Assembly: GCA_964592105.1 (NCBI GenBank)
Contig: CAZQBL010000013.1
Location: forward strand, 17,706-81,705
Length of the DNA stretch: 64,000 bases
Source of the DNA: an uncultured Gammaproteobacteria bacterium
Lineage (GTDB): Bacteria > Patescibacteriota > Patescibacteriia > UBA10025 > JAHIVO01
Reading direction: 5' to 3'
Each line of letters begins with the position of its first letter. Within the stretch, counting starts at the first letter, position 1. The notes under the pieces were generated by a model. It did not search any database, was not told the origin of the DNA, and saw only the letters and a program-made list of their open reading frames with translations. This document shows positions 1 to 10,035 of the stretch, piece after piece. The position numbers were made by a program, and so were the translations under genes.

Positions 1-274
1 AGTAACCGGGTTCGGGAAAGACAAACAGCATACCCTTTGCCACGCTCAAATAGTCCCGACCAGCCAGACCCTTTGCCTGAGCGTGTTTTGACTTTACTAC
101 TTCAGCCTGGATAATCCCCTTGCCGATCTGGACTTCAGCCGTCTGTCCTAAAACCTTTTTTACATAATAAGGAGCTAAATCTTTGACACGTGAACCACCG
201 ATAAACCAAAAAGTCATGCCCAAAATGATTGCGATAGTGAACATAGCCGCCAATGGATGTTTTCTTTCAAACAT
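1..274 (-). CDS. DUF192 (COG1430) domain protein, 3' end outside window (partial)
   Basis: Minus-strand ATG at 272-274; translation MFERKHPLAAMFTIAIILG...EVQIGKGIIQAEVVKSKHAQAKGLAGRDYLSVAKGMLFVFPEPGY matches DUF192 signature (RxxGLmgR...GMLFvF); ORF open to window edge. Confidence 0.45.
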   Translation of the reverse strand, partial: MFERKHPLAAMFTIAIILGMTFWFIGGSRVKDLAPYYVKKVLGQTAEVQIGKGIIQAEVVKSKHAQAKGLAGRDYLSVAKGMLFVFPEPGY

Positions 275-294
275 ATAAATTACTTTGCCTTAGA

Positions 295-1407
295 TTATTT
301 TCTTTTTTTTCTATACAAAATGATAACGGTCACACCCAGAACCAACATCAGACCCAAAAGCGTACCCAAAGCCAACAATTTCTGACTACTACCTAAAAAT
401 AGCGCCGCCACTCCGAAGATCAAACTGATACAATAGAGAAAAAGAACCGCCCCGCGATGAGAAAAACCAGCGTCCAGCAAGCGGAAGTGCAAATGTTTGC
501 GATCAGCCGTTTTAAAAGGCGACTTCTTTTCCCAAAATAATCTCCTTAAAATAACCCAGATCACGTCCAAAATGGGTATGCCCATGATTAACAGTGCCGT
601 GGCGATTTTGGCGCCCGAAATTATGGACAAAACTCCCAAAAAAAACCCCGCAAACAGGCTACCGCCTTCCCCCAAAAAAATCTTGGCTGGATGCCAGTTA
701 AAAAACAAAAAACCCACAAAAGACCCGGCTAAAATTACTGATAACAAAGCGGTTTCGGGCTGGGCCACTTCCTTGTTTAAACTTAATAAAAACAGTACCA
801 CTGCTCCAATTGTCGTTATGCCCGAAACCAGACCATCCAGACCGTCCAGAAACTTGGTAGTATACATCATACCCAATAACCAGACCAAAGCGAACAAATC
901 GGCCCACACTACAATATGGTAAGGCAAGCCACCCCAAGTAAAAAGTTTCACTTTCAGCGTGTCCAAATAAATTGTTCCGCCCAAAGGGTTAGTAATGTAA
1001 TCGATGCCAATACCCGAAATAATAATCACTAGAACTGCCAGGATTGGCCAAATTATCTGCTGGTGTGGCTTCAAATTGAATTTATCATCCAAAAAACCGC
1101 CAATCATGAGCAAAGCCCCAGCCAAAAGAATACCTAGCAAATGCTTAGGCAAAAGATAACCACCTAGAAGTCGCTCGGTAAATAAAGCGTAATAACATAC
1201 CACTATCAGAACCGATAAAAAAATTGCCACTCCGCCCAGCAGGGGCACTGGCATTGTTTGTATTTTTCGTTCGGGAAAGTTTTCCGGCCTATCAACAATG
1301 TTAAAACATCTGGCCAGCTTGCTCACTCCAAAAGTCGAAACAAGCGAAATGCCCAGAGCCGCGAGAAAAGGCACAATATAGTTGTTAATAGACAAAGGAT
1401 CAGACAT
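295..1407 (-). CDS. MraY/WecA-family polyprenyl-phosphate sugar-1-phosphate transferase (glycosyltransferase family 4)
   Basis: 10 TM-like hydrophobic segments, FLDDKFNL and DGLDGLVSG motifs typical of MraY/WecA; track ORF extends to 1461 but that would overlap ruvX by 62 nt, so Met at 1407 preferred. Confidence 0.6.
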   Translation of the reverse strand: MSDPLSINNYIVPFLAALGISLVSTFGVSKLARCFNIVDRPENFPERKIQTMPVPLLGGVAIFLSVLIVVCYYALFTERLLGGYLLPKHLLGILLAGALLMIGGFLDDKFNLKPHQQIIWPILAVLVIIISGIGIDYITNPLGGTIYLDTLKVKLFTWGGLPYHIVVWADLFALVWLLGMMYTTKFLDGLDGLVSGITTIGAVVLFLLSLNKEVAQPETALLSVILAGSFVGFLFFNWHPAKIFLGEGGSLFAGFFLGVLSIISGAKIATALLIMGIPILDVIWVILRRLFWEKKSPFKTADRKHLHFRLLDAGFSHRGAVLFLYCISLIFGVAALFLGSSQKLLALGTLLGLMLVLGVTVIILYRKKRK

Positions 1408-1819
1408 TATTTTTCTTATCCAAAAAAGTTTGTAAAATGATTCTAGCGGAATCCTGATCAACCAAGGGGCGAATCTTTTTGGTATTTTTGCCAGCCGCTT
1501 TCAGCAAGGAACTAGCCAGGGTCGTGGAGAATCTCTCATCTTCAAAAAAAATTTTGACTTTTAAATTGTCGCCAAGCAGTTTGGCAAAGTTCTGGACTTT
1601 CCTGGCGGCCGGACCAGGCTGGCCGTCAGGATTTAAGGGCAAACCAATAACAATGGCGCTAACTCGTTCCTTGGTGCAAAATTCGCGAATTACGGCAACG
1701 ACATTTTTTGCCTGATCGTTTATAAGCGCCGCGCGGGAAAATGCAAATTTTTTCTCTTCGTCAGAAATTGCCAAACCAATCCTTCTTTCGCCATAATCAA
1801 TACCCAAAATCTTCGACAT
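1400..1819 (-). CDS. ruvX: Holliday junction resolvase-like RuvX/YqgF
   Basis: N-terminus MSKILGIDYGERRIGLAISD is the YqgF/RuvX signature. Confidence 0.8.
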   Translation of the reverse strand: MSKILGIDYGERRIGLAISDEEKKFAFSRAALINDQAKNVVAVIREFCTKERVSAIVIGLPLNPDGQPGPAARKVQNFAKLLGDNLKVKIFFEDERFSTTLASSLLKAAGKNTKKIRPLVDQDSARIILQTFLDKKNNV

Positions 1820-1824
1820 AATAT

Positions 1825-2571
1825 TTATTGAGTAATAACCTCCGCCCCTTTTTCAGTAACCACTATCGTATCCTCAAAATGAGCAGACAACGAACCGTCA
1901 ACCGTGGCAATAGTCCAGCCGTCCTCTAAAGTAGCTACCTCGTGGCTACCGATATTGACCATCGGTTCCAAAGCTAGGGTCATTCCGGCTTGAAAAACAG
2001 TGCCGGTTCCTTTAGTTCCGTAATTGGGTATTGGCGGCCCCTCATGGACAGAATAACCGACCCCATGGCCGACCAAACTTCGGACTACGGAAAAACCATG
2101 TTTCTCAGCATAATGCTGAACAGCATGACCATAATCACCCGTGGTTGCACCGGCCCGAATTTGCTTGATGCCAAGGCGCAAAGCTTTCTTTGTAACCTCG
2201 ACTAATTTTTTCACGCGGCTGGTAACTTTTCCTACCAGCGCGGTCCGCGCCATATCAGTGTACATACCCTCGTATTCCAATCCAATATCAATGCCCACAA
2301 TATCCCCGTCATGTAAAATCTTCCCCGGTCGCGGAATGGTATGAACCACTTCATTATTCACCGAAAGACAAGTGGCCGCCGGGTATCCTTTATAACCCTT
2401 GAATGATGGCTGACCGCCTGCTTTGCTAATGAGCTTCTCCGCCAGTTCATCAAGCGCCACGACGGAAACGCCTGGTTTGGCAGCCTTGACCACTTCCTTG
2501 ACGACTTTGGCTAATATCTGGCCACCCTTACGCATTTTTTTTATTTCTTCCGGTGTTTTTATGGTAATCAT
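1825..2571 (-). CDS. map: methionine aminopeptidase type I
   Basis: MetAP-I fold motifs (HGIGxxxHE, metal-ligand D/D/H/E/E pattern), 248 aa. Confidence 0.9.
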   Translation of the reverse strand: MITIKTPEEIKKMRKGGQILAKVVKEVVKAAKPGVSVVALDELAEKLISKAGGQPSFKGYKGYPAATCLSVNNEVVHTIPRPGKILHDGDIVGIDIGLEYEGMYTDMARTALVGKVTSRVKKLVEVTKKALRLGIKQIRAGATTGDYGHAVQHYAEKHGFSVVRSLVGHGVGYSVHEGPPIPNYGTKGTGTVFQAGMTLALEPMVNIGSHEVATLEDGWTIATVDGSLSAHFEDTIVVTEKGAEVITQ

Positions 2572-3248
2572 TTAGATCGCATTAAAAAATCATTCAATCT
2601 ATCGTTAATTTCGGAAAAAACATCTTCAACTGTTTGCTCTCCATTGATGCGCAATAAACATCCTTTCTCATAATAAAATTGTTTCAACGCCTGCATGCGT
2701 TCCAGATACTGACGATAACGCCGACGAACCACTTCTGGTTTGTCGTCTGGTCTGGTGATCAGTTCAATTCCGCAGACATCACATTTATTGCTGTCATAAT
2801 TCGGCGAAAGCGGATAAAAAACCCTCTTGCACTGGGAGCATAATTTACGTTTAGATAAACGTTCAACCGATTCGTTTTCGGTTATATCGACATAAAAAAC
2901 AATTGGTTTGGGCAAGTTAAATTCTTTGACTAAATCTTCCAGACCCTCAGCTTGAGCCAAAGACAGGGGAAAGGCGTCAAAAATTACGCCCCGGGATAAA
3001 TCCAGAGATGACAACTTCCGGCGAACCGCTTCGATTACCACATCATCCGGCTGGGGAATTCCCTGATCGTATCTTTTTTTAATTTCTATGGCTAGCTGAT
3101 CACCGTCAACCGCTTTGGCCCTCAGCTCGCGGATTAAATCCCCGGTCACCACTGTTTCCAGATTATATTTGTTCTGCAGTAATTCGCGTTGGGTGCCCTT
3201 ACCCGCGCCTGGCGGACCAATCATTACAAAATCAAATCTTTTTTCCAT
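2568..3248 (-). CDS. adk: adenylate kinase (zinc-lid type)
   Basis: P-loop GPPGAGKGTQ; CxxC...CxxC lid zinc motif (CSQCKRVF...CDVCG). Confidence 0.9.
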   Translation of the reverse strand: MEKRFDFVMIGPPGAGKGTQRELLQNKYNLETVVTGDLIRELRAKAVDGDQLAIEIKKRYDQGIPQPDDVVIEAVRRKLSSLDLSRGVIFDAFPLSLAQAEGLEDLVKEFNLPKPIVFYVDITENESVERLSKRKLCSQCKRVFYPLSPNYDSNKCDVCGIELITRPDDKPEVVRRRYRQYLERMQALKQFYYEKGCLLRINGEQTVEDVFSEINDRLNDFLMRSK

Positions 3249-3337
3249 AATTGACTTTATTATACATTATTTAAACATAAAAAAACACCTTTCTAAAAAC
3301 AAAAGTGTTCAACTAATTTGTTCCTGGACAAAAAACA

Positions 3338-4612
3338 TCAAAAACCCTCGTAATCCCTCATCACCAACTGTGATTCAATCTGTTTAACAGTTTCAATGAC
3401 CACACTGACGACTATCAGCAAGCTGGTGCCGCCTACTACTAAAGCAGTAGTATTCGTCGCGGCTTGAACGATGTTGGGTAAAATAGCAATAACACCCAAA
3501 AACAGCGCCCCACCAAGAATAATACGATTGCTAACGTAGCTTAAAAAATCAGAGGTTGGTTTGCCCGGTCTGATTCCGGGAATAAATCCACCCTGCTTCT
3601 GTAAATTTTCCGCAATTTGCGTGGGATGAAAAACAACAGCCGTATAAAAATAAGTAAATGCCACCACTAAAATAAAATATAAGGCGGCGTAAAAAACCTG
3701 ATTCTTAAAAATGTCCACTACCCAAGTTGCCAAAGTCGCCAACCAAACAATGGTTGAATTGACAAAAAACTGCGCCACCATGGGTGGAAACAAAACAATC
3801 GAAACGGCAAAAATAATTGGTATCACGCCAGCTTGATTAACTCGTAATGGCAGATGTGTATCCACCCCGCCATACATGCGCATTCCCCTGATACGTTTGG
3901 CGTAGGAAACAGGCACATTGCGCTGACCTTCGGTAATAAAAACAACGGCCGCTACCGTAATAATTCCGATGACTATAAAAATTATGACACCGCCGATTTT
4001 CGAGAAGTCAAATGTGGCCAATGTCTGTTGCACGGTTTGGGGCACCCGCGCCACTATACCAGCGAAGATTATCAGGGAAATACCATTACCGATATGTTTT
4101 TCTGAAATTAATTCACCGATCCACATCAGGAAAACCGTACCCGCAGTAATGGTAATAATGGTGCTGATCAATTGAAATAGCGACATATCGCCGATGATTC
4201 CCTGTCCGGACTGTTTTAGCAGTGTAATCATGCTATAAGCCTGTAAAGCCGCAAGGGGGATGGTTAGCAAGCGCTGATACTGATTGATCTTGGCTTGACC
4301 AGCCTCCCCTTCTTTTTGTATTTCCTCCAGTTTAGGAATAATCATGGTCAAGAGCTGAAAAATAATTGAGGAGGTGATAAATGGTGCCACGCCCAACATA
4401 ACGACTGAAAAATTTTCCATGCCGCCGCCGGAAAAAATGTTCAAAAGGCCCAGCAACTGGTTGGACTGAAAAAAATTTTTTAGATTTTCCACATTAATAC
4501 CGGGTATGGGAATATGGGCAGCAAACCGAAAAACAAAAAGCATGCCCAGCACAAATAAAATCTTGTATCGAAGCTCCTTAACCATCCAAATTTGTCTGAT
4601 TTTCTCCCACAT
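3338..4612 (-). CDS. secY: preprotein translocase subunit SecY
   Basis: 424 aa, 10 TM, position after rplO, SecY-conserved segments. Confidence 0.9.
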   Translation of the reverse strand: MWEKIRQIWMVKELRYKILFVLGMLFVFRFAAHIPIPGINVENLKNFFQSNQLLGLLNIFSGGGMENFSVVMLGVAPFITSSIIFQLLTMIIPKLEEIQKEGEAGQAKINQYQRLLTIPLAALQAYSMITLLKQSGQGIIGDMSLFQLISTIITITAGTVFLMWIGELISEKHIGNGISLIIFAGIVARVPQTVQQTLATFDFSKIGGVIIFIVIGIITVAAVVFITEGQRNVPVSYAKRIRGMRMYGGVDTHLPLRVNQAGVIPIIFAVSIVLFPPMVAQFFVNSTIVWLATLATWVVDIFKNQVFYAALYFILVVAFTYFYTAVVFHPTQIAENLQKQGGFIPGIRPGKPTSDFLSYVSNRIILGGALFLGVIAILPNIVQAATNTTALVVGGTSLLIVVSVVIETVKQIESQLVMRDYEGF

Positions 4613-4628
4613 AGACGGCTTAATCTCG

Positions 4629-5072
4629 TTATTTAATTAGCTGAGCGGTGCCGCCGGCTTTAATTATGGCATCTTTTGCGGTTTTTGAAAAACCATGCGC
4701 CTGTACGTTTAATTTTTTGGCTAATTGGCCGTCGCCCAAAATTTTCACCTCGCCCTGTTGGCTAGCCACCAAACCAACCTGGACCAGTCGGGAAGGATTA
4801 ACCAACGACCCGTCAGCAAACCTGCTCTCTAAATCTTTCAAATTAACTACAAAGGGTCTTTGTTTCAAACCTTTAAAGCCTTTCCTTTTGGGGATTTGCA
4901 AAAGGAAAAGTTTCAGACCGCGTCTTTTTAATTTTTTTCGGCCGCCGGTACGGGCCCGTTGACCTTTTTGGCCACGGGTAGAATAGGTACCGTGCCCGGT
5001 AGCATCACCGCGACCAAGACGTTTGATCTTTTTATGTTTTACCGATTTTAACTGAGAAAGGGATAATGACAT
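4629..5072 (-). CDS. rplO: 50S ribosomal protein L15
   Basis: LGRGDATGHGTYSTRGQKGQRARTGG motif; directly follows rpsE with no rpmD (L30) between. Confidence 0.85.
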   Translation of the reverse strand: MSLSLSQLKSVKHKKIKRLGRGDATGHGTYSTRGQKGQRARTGGRKKLKRRGLKLFLLQIPKRKGFKGLKQRPFVVNLKDLESRFADGSLVNPSRLVQVGLVASQQGEVKILGDGQLAKKLNVQAHGFSKTAKDAIIKAGGTAQLIK

Positions 5073-5073
5073 A

Positions 5074-5583
5074 TTATGACCGTAATTCTTTAATTTGTCT
5101 AATATCTCGTAGCTTGGCCAAAGCCAGCAAAGTTGCCCTAACGTTATTTATCTTACTTTTCGAGCCAAGCATCTTGGAAACCACGTTTTTCACCCCGGCC
5201 ATTTCGAGAACTGACCTTACTGCTCCACCGGCAATAATACCGGTACCTTTGGGAGCCGGCTTTAGCAATACTACAGAGGCACCGTATTTTTGCCTAATCT
5301 GGCAAGGTATGGTCTCATTAACCATTCTAACCTTAATCATGTGTTTCTTGGCCGCGGTCACCGACTTATTAATGGCAACAGAAACATCAGCTCCTTTACA
5401 CAAACCCATACCCACTCGACCAGCTCTATCGCCAATAACTACACAGGTTCTGAAGCTCATTCTTTTGCCGCCAGCCATGACACGGGTCACCCTGGCGATA
5501 TCGATCAAAGCCTGATCAAACTCTTCGCTATGTCTATCCTGATTACCAAATTTATTATCTTCTCTTTTTCTTGATTTAACCAT
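5074..5583 (-). CDS. rpsE: 30S ribosomal protein S5
   Basis: S5 dsRBD and C-terminal domain motifs (VTRVMAGGKRMSFRTCVVIGD...). Confidence 0.85.
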   Translation of the reverse strand: MVKSRKREDNKFGNQDRHSEEFDQALIDIARVTRVMAGGKRMSFRTCVVIGDRAGRVGMGLCKGADVSVAINKSVTAAKKHMIKVRMVNETIPCQIRQKYGASVVLLKPAPKGTGIIAGGAVRSVLEMAGVKNVVSKMLGSKSKINNVRATLLALAKLRDIRQIKELRS

Positions 5584-5593
5584 AAATAATAAA

Positions 5594-5956
5594 TTAAAAT
5601 TCTAAACCCTTACTGCGCAGGCCTTCGGCGGCAGCCTTAACCCGGCCATGATATTTATTGGCACGACGGTCGAAAACAATTTTTTTAACCCCCAACTTCA
5701 GTGCTTTATCGCCCAATAATTCCCCTACGGCCTTGGCAATTTCGATTTTCTTCATACCCTTTTTGGTTTTTAGTTCGCGATCATTGACTTGGGCTAGTGT
5801 TGTGCCTTGTTCATCATTAATAAGCTGAATGGAAAAATGTTTATGACTGCGAAAGACAGCCGCCCGGGGCCTTTGATCCGTACCGAATACTCGGGCTCGA
5901 ACCCTGCGTAATCTTATCTGCTTTTTTTTCAGTTTAGCCTTCTGAAAATTTTTCAT
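5594..5956 (-). CDS. rplR: 50S ribosomal protein L18
   Basis: RLRVFRSHKHFSIQLIND... L18 signature, operon position. Confidence 0.85.
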   Translation of the reverse strand: MKNFQKAKLKKKQIRLRRVRARVFGTDQRPRAAVFRSHKHFSIQLINDEQGTTLAQVNDRELKTKKGMKKIEIAKAVGELLGDKALKLGVKKIVFDRRANKYHGRVKAAAEGLRSKGLEF

Positions 5957-5969
5957 ATGCTTTTATCTT

Positions 5970-6518
5970 TTAACCAGCCGCGGTTTTGACCACCTTGCCG
6001 GCCTTGCGTCTAATAACCTCATCAATGTATTTAATACCCTTGCCTTTATAAGGCTCTGGTTTTTTTATAGCTCTGATTCTTGCGGCCGTCTCGCCCACCA
6101 ATTGTTTGTCTATCCCGCTTACTATTATTATATTTTTTTCAACCTTGATTTCTATTCCCTCTGGAATAGAAAATTCAACCGGATGAGAAAAACCTACCTG
6201 CAATGTCAATTTCTTACCGCTGATGGCCGCCCGGAATCCGACACCGCTGATTTCCAATTTTTTTTCAAAACCTTTGGTGACACCTTCGATCATATTAGCT
6301 AGTAGCACCCGGGAAGTGCCCCACAATTCCCGCGATCTCTTTTCATCTTCTTTACGAACCTTAACCAAAATCTGGTTGTCTTTCTTTTCAAAAACTACAC
6401 GATGGTGAAAATCAAACTTCAAGGTACCTTTTGGCCCTTTGACCGTCACGCTTTGGCCATCAATAATAACTTCCACCTCCGCTGGCATTATCACTGGTTT
6501 TTTTCCTATTCTGGGCAT
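5970..6518 (-). CDS. rplF: 50S ribosomal protein L6
   Basis: MPRIGKKPVIMPAEVEV... two-domain L6, operon position. Confidence 0.85.
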   Translation of the reverse strand: MPRIGKKPVIMPAEVEVIIDGQSVTVKGPKGTLKFDFHHRVVFEKKDNQILVKVRKEDEKRSRELWGTSRVLLANMIEGVTKGFEKKLEISGVGFRAAISGKKLTLQVGFSHPVEFSIPEGIEIKVEKNIIIVSGIDKQLVGETAARIRAIKKPEPYKGKGIKYIDEVIRRKAGKVVKTAAG

Positions 6519-6532
6519 ACTATAAACTAAAT

Positions 6533-6928
6533 CTAATTAACTTCACAAATTATCTCTCCCCCCAGTTTTTCCTTCTTGGCTTCAATATTTGTCATTAATC
6601 CACGAGAGGTGGAAACAATCATCATCCCCAAAGAAGGAAGTATAGTGGGTATATCCCGATAGCTGTAGTAAACTCTCCGTCCCGGGGTACTAACTCTCTT
6701 AATCCCTCTCAAGGCTGGTTCTCCTTTTTTGTATTTCAAAACAATCCGCAACTTGGCCTGAACTTCGCCGGCTTTTTCTATTTTTTCTGTTCCAGCGATA
6801 AAACCTTCACGAACTAATATTTTGGCAATAGCGAATTTAATTTTGGAAAATGGCAATAAAACCTCCGCTTTTTTTACCATAACCGCATTGCGCATTCTTG
6901 TTAGCATATCGGCAATAGGATCTGTCAT
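6533..6928 (-). CDS. rpsH: 30S ribosomal protein S8
   Basis: MTDPIADMLTRMRNA signature. Confidence 0.85.
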   Translation of the reverse strand: MTDPIADMLTRMRNAVMVKKAEVLLPFSKIKFAIAKILVREGFIAGTEKIEKAGEVQAKLRIVLKYKKGEPALRGIKRVSTPGRRVYYSYRDIPTILPSLGMMIVSTSRGLMTNIEAKKEKLGGEIICEVN

Positions 6929-6959
6929 AGTCTCTTGAAAAAAATTAGATAATTATTAT

Positions 6960-7145
6960 TTACCAACTAGACTTGGTTATACCGGGGATTTCACCGTTGT
7001 TGGCCAACTCGCGGAAACAAATACGACAAAGATTGAAAGATCTCATATAACCGCGACGGCGACCGCATCTCCAGCAACGTCTGACGATTCTGGTGGAATA
7101 TTTCGGCTTCTTTTTCGATTTGGCTATTTGTGCTTCGGTGGCCAT
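6960..7145 (-). CDS. rpsN: 30S ribosomal protein S14 type Z (zinc-binding)
   Basis: 61 aa, CWRCGRRRGYMRSFNLCRICFRE zinc ribbon. Confidence 0.85.
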   Translation of the reverse strand: MATEAQIAKSKKKPKYSTRIVRRCWRCGRRRGYMRSFNLCRICFRELANNGEIPGITKSSW

Positions 7146-7155
7146 ATATTTTTAT

Positions 7156-7698
7156 TTAATTCTTTTTAAAAGGAAAACCCAGCAGGGAAAATAATTCAAC
7201 TCCTTCCTTATGAGATTTAGCACTACTAGTAATGGTCACCGCCAGTCCATGTATCCGCTCAACTTCATCTGATCTAATTTCCGGAAAAACAATATGTTCT
7301 TTAAAGCCGATAGTAAGATTGCCTTTCTGATCTACGTTTTTTTCATCAAGCCCCTGAAAATCCCTGACGCGTGCTAAAGCAACATTTATTAGTTTATCCA
7401 CAAAATCATACATCCTAGTTCCCCGTAAGGTCACCGCTACACCGATCACCATGCCTTTTCTTATTTTGAAGGCAGAAATGGATTTCTTGGCTCTGGTCAG
7501 AATTGGTTTTTGTCCGGAAATTCTGGAAATAGTGCTCACCACCGTGTCCAAAAACTTTTCGTCCTTCAAAGCTTTACCAGTACCACAGTTTAAAACTACC
7601 TTCAGTATCCTAGGAACCGCCAAACTATTCTTATAACCCAAGGACTTCATCATAAATGGCACGATCTCCTTTTGGTATTTTGATTTTAGCCTGTTCAT
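7156..7698 (-). CDS. rplE: 50S ribosomal protein L5
   Basis: MNRLKSKYQKEIVPFMMKSLGYKN L5 N-terminus; longer track ORF (to 7755) would overlap rplX by 28 nt, internal Met preferred. Confidence 0.8.
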   Translation of the reverse strand: MNRLKSKYQKEIVPFMMKSLGYKNSLAVPRILKVVLNCGTGKALKDEKFLDTVVSTISRISGQKPILTRAKKSISAFKIRKGMVIGVAVTLRGTRMYDFVDKLINVALARVRDFQGLDEKNVDQKGNLTIGFKEHIVFPEIRSDEVERIHGLAVTITSSAKSHKEGVELFSLLGFPFKKN

Positions 7699-7727
7699 AT
7701 ATTTCAATAACTGAGAATAATGTTTAA

Positions 7728-8036
7728 TTAAATGGCCTGCTTGCATTTTCGACAAATTCGGATTTTTTTACCAGCCTTGTCTTCTAAAATGCCTATCTTG
7801 ACTGGCCGACGGCAGGCCGAGCAGTATATTAGGGCATTGGAACAGTCAATCGGAGCGTTATATCGCACCACCTGGCCCTTTTCACCCATCTTTTTCGGTC
7901 TGACATTTTTAGCCATCATGTTTATCCCCTCAACGACTATTTTATTGTCTTTAGGGAAAACCTGCAAAACTTTTCCTTTTTTGCCTCGGTCTTTTCCATG
8001 AATTATCTGAACTATATCGTTCTTTTTTATCTTCAT
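7728..8036 (-). CDS. rplX: 50S ribosomal protein L24 with C-terminal CxxC...CxxC extension
   Basis: KOW motif [23 protein letters not shown]; tail CSACRR...CRKC. Confidence 0.8.
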   Translation of the reverse strand: MKIKKNDIVQIIHGKDRGKKGKVLQVFPKDNKIVVEGINMMAKNVRPKKMGEKGQVVRYNAPIDCSNALIYCSACRRPVKIGILEDKAGKKIRICRKCKQAI

Positions 8037-8059
8037 ATTAAAATTCCAACTTTTACATT

Positions 8060-8431
8060 TTATAATACTTCCGGTGCCAACGAAATAATTTTCATAAAAC
8101 CCCTGGTGCGCAACTCCCTGGCCACTGGTCCGAAAATGCGGGAACCCACCGGTTCTTTTGTTTTCATATCAATAATCACGCCGGCGTTATCATCAAAACG
8201 TATGTAAGATCCATCGACCCGACGAAACTCTTTGCGCTGTCTGACGATTACCATGTGAACTACTTGTCCCTTTTTTACCATGGCGTGGGGCATGGCTTCT
8301 TTAATGGTCACAGTCACAATATCGCCAATCTGGGCGTATCTTTTTTTATTTCCGCCCAGAACTTTGATAACCATAACGGTTCGTGCTCCGGTATTATCCG
8401 CGATAACTAATTTTGTTCGAGGTTGAATCAT
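8060..8431 (-). CDS. rplN: 50S ribosomal protein L14
   Basis: [17 protein letters not shown] signature. Confidence 0.9.
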   Translation of the reverse strand: MIQPRTKLVIADNTGARTVMVIKVLGGNKKRYAQIGDIVTVTIKEAMPHAMVKKGQVVHMVIVRQRKEFRRVDGSYIRFDDNAGVIIDMKTKEPVGSRIFGPVARELRTRGFMKIISLAPEVL

Positions 8432-8434
8432 ATT

Positions 8435-8710
8435 TTAAATTTCTTTAGAATTGGCGCTACTGGTTTTAACCTTACTTACGAACTGCCAACGTTTTTCACG
8501 ACTTATCGGTCTGACTTCCCGAAAAATGACCACATCGCCAGTATGATATTCATTGCGGGGGTCATGAACTTTATATTTCTTCCGAGTAGTATATTGTTTC
8601 AAATACTTAGAATAGGTTTTGGTACGTCGCACCACCACAACTCTAGTTTTGTCCATTTTATCGCTAACCACGGTGCCCTTAAACAATCGGTATTTTTTCT
8701 CTGGGTTCAT
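8435..8710 (-). CDS. rpsQ: 30S ribosomal protein S17
   Basis: OB-fold S17 motifs (KTRVVVVRRTKTYSKYLKQY...HD). Confidence 0.85.
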   Translation of the reverse strand: MNPEKKYRLFKGTVVSDKMDKTRVVVVRRTKTYSKYLKQYTTRKKYKVHDPRNEYHTGDVVIFREVRPISREKRWQFVSKVKTSSANSKEI

Positions 8711-8711
8711 A

Positions 8712-8942
8712 TTATTTAACTTTGTCTTTATTAGTCTTGAGTGAATGTTGTTTGACCATTTTCTTTTCTTTTAAAACCGTCAAAATTCTGGCAATCGTTT
8801 TTTTCACCTCGCGAATTTCCCTCACATCTTTGTGTTGTTTAGATATTATTTTAAAACGTAAATCTCGAAAAATTTCCCTGCTGGAAGCCAGCAATTTTTG
8901 TAACTCACTCTCCTGTTTTAGTCTCAATTCTTTCAATTTCAT
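8712..8942 (-). CDS. rpmC: 50S ribosomal protein L29
   Basis: MKLKELRLKQESELQKLL L29 helical signature, operon position. Confidence 0.75.
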   Translation of the reverse strand: MKLKELRLKQESELQKLLASSREIFRDLRFKIISKQHKDVREIREVKKTIARILTVLKEKKMVKQHSLKTNKDKVK

Positions 8943-8944
8943 AA

Positions 8945-9355
8945 TTAGTCTCCCTTTTGAACAAACTTGGTTTTCACGGATAATTTGTGGGCCGCCAAGC
9001 GCATGGCTTCTTTGGCACCGCTTTCTGGCACACCATCCATTTCAAATAGTACGGTACCGCGCTTGACTGTGGCCACATAGTGGTCCACCGAGCCCTTGCC
9101 GCCGCCCATACGAACTTCCGAGCCGTGCAGGGTAACCGGTTTGTCGGGAAAAATCCTGATCCAGATTTTACCACCTTTTTGCACAAAACGGGTCATAGCT
9201 CGTCTGGCCGCTTCAATCTGACGCGAAGAAATCATCCCATTTTCCATGGATTTTAAACCATAGCTGCCAAAATCTATCATGGTTTTGGAAGTAGCGCTTC
9301 CCTTAATACTTCCTCGCTGCCATTTTCGATGTTTTACTTTTTTAGGTATTAACAT
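8945..9355 (-). CDS. rplP: 50S ribosomal protein L16
   Basis: [19 protein letters not shown] signature. Confidence 0.9.
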   Translation of the reverse strand: MLIPKKVKHRKWQRGSIKGSATSKTMIDFGSYGLKSMENGMISSRQIEAARRAMTRFVQKGGKIWIRIFPDKPVTLHGSEVRMGGGKGSVDHYVATVKRGTVLFEMDGVPESGAKEAMRLAAHKLSVKTKFVQKGD

Positions 9356-9370
9356 AAAAATAAAATCTAT

Positions 9371-10033
9371 TTATTTATTGATCGGGGACTCGTCAGCTTT
9401 CTTAAAAACTTCACCACGATTTATCCAAACCTTCACACCAATCACCCCGTAAGTTGTCTGCGCTCCGCCACGACAATAGTCAATATCGGCTCGTAATGTA
9501 TGCAAAGGTATGCTTCCCTGAGAAAACTTTTCCTGCCTGGCTATTTCAGAGCCGCCCAAACGGCCACCAATTATGATCTTAACACCCTTGGCCCCAGCCT
9601 GCATAACTTGTTCCATGGCTCTTTTGGCAATACGCCGGAAAGGCATACGTTTTTCCAACTGCTCAATTATCCCTTGGCACACAATCGCCGCATTCAAGTC
9701 TGGCTTGTTAATCTCGTGTATGTTTATATTAAGTTGAGTTTTTTTAGGCAAGAATTTACTTTTTATCTCTTTTTTCAATTCATCAGCTCCGGCTCCACCC
9801 CGGCCAATAACCACACCCGGCTTGGAAGTGTGCAAATTTATCGTTACCTTATCCCCGGATCTTTCCACTTCAATCAAAGCCACACCAGCTTCTTTAAGTT
9901 TTTTTGCCAGCCATTTACGGATTCGGACGTCCTGCTCTAAAAACTTAGCATAATCTTTTTTGGCAAACCATTTTGATTTCCAATTAGCCGTAGTGACTAT
10001 TCTAAATATTCGCGGATGCACTTTTTGTCCCAT
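9371..10033 (-). CDS. rpsC: 30S ribosomal protein S3
   Basis: MGQKVHPRIFR, KH domain. Confidence 0.9.
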   Translation of the reverse strand: MGQKVHPRIFRIVTTANWKSKWFAKKDYAKFLEQDVRIRKWLAKKLKEAGVALIEVERSGDKVTINLHTSKPGVVIGRGGAGADELKKEIKSKFLPKKTQLNINIHEINKPDLNAAIVCQGIIEQLEKRMPFRRIAKRAMEQVMQAGAKGVKIIIGGRLGGSEIARQEKFSQGSIPLHTLRADIDYCRGGAQTTYGVIGVKVWINRGEVFKKADESPINK

Positions 10034-10035
10034 AA

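Noticed and set aside
497-922. 141-aa plus-strand ORF (and 698..937-) inside the MraY-like gene
   Set aside because: Antisense or out-of-frame shadow ORFs within a well-supported membrane-protein gene; low-complexity Pro/Lys composition
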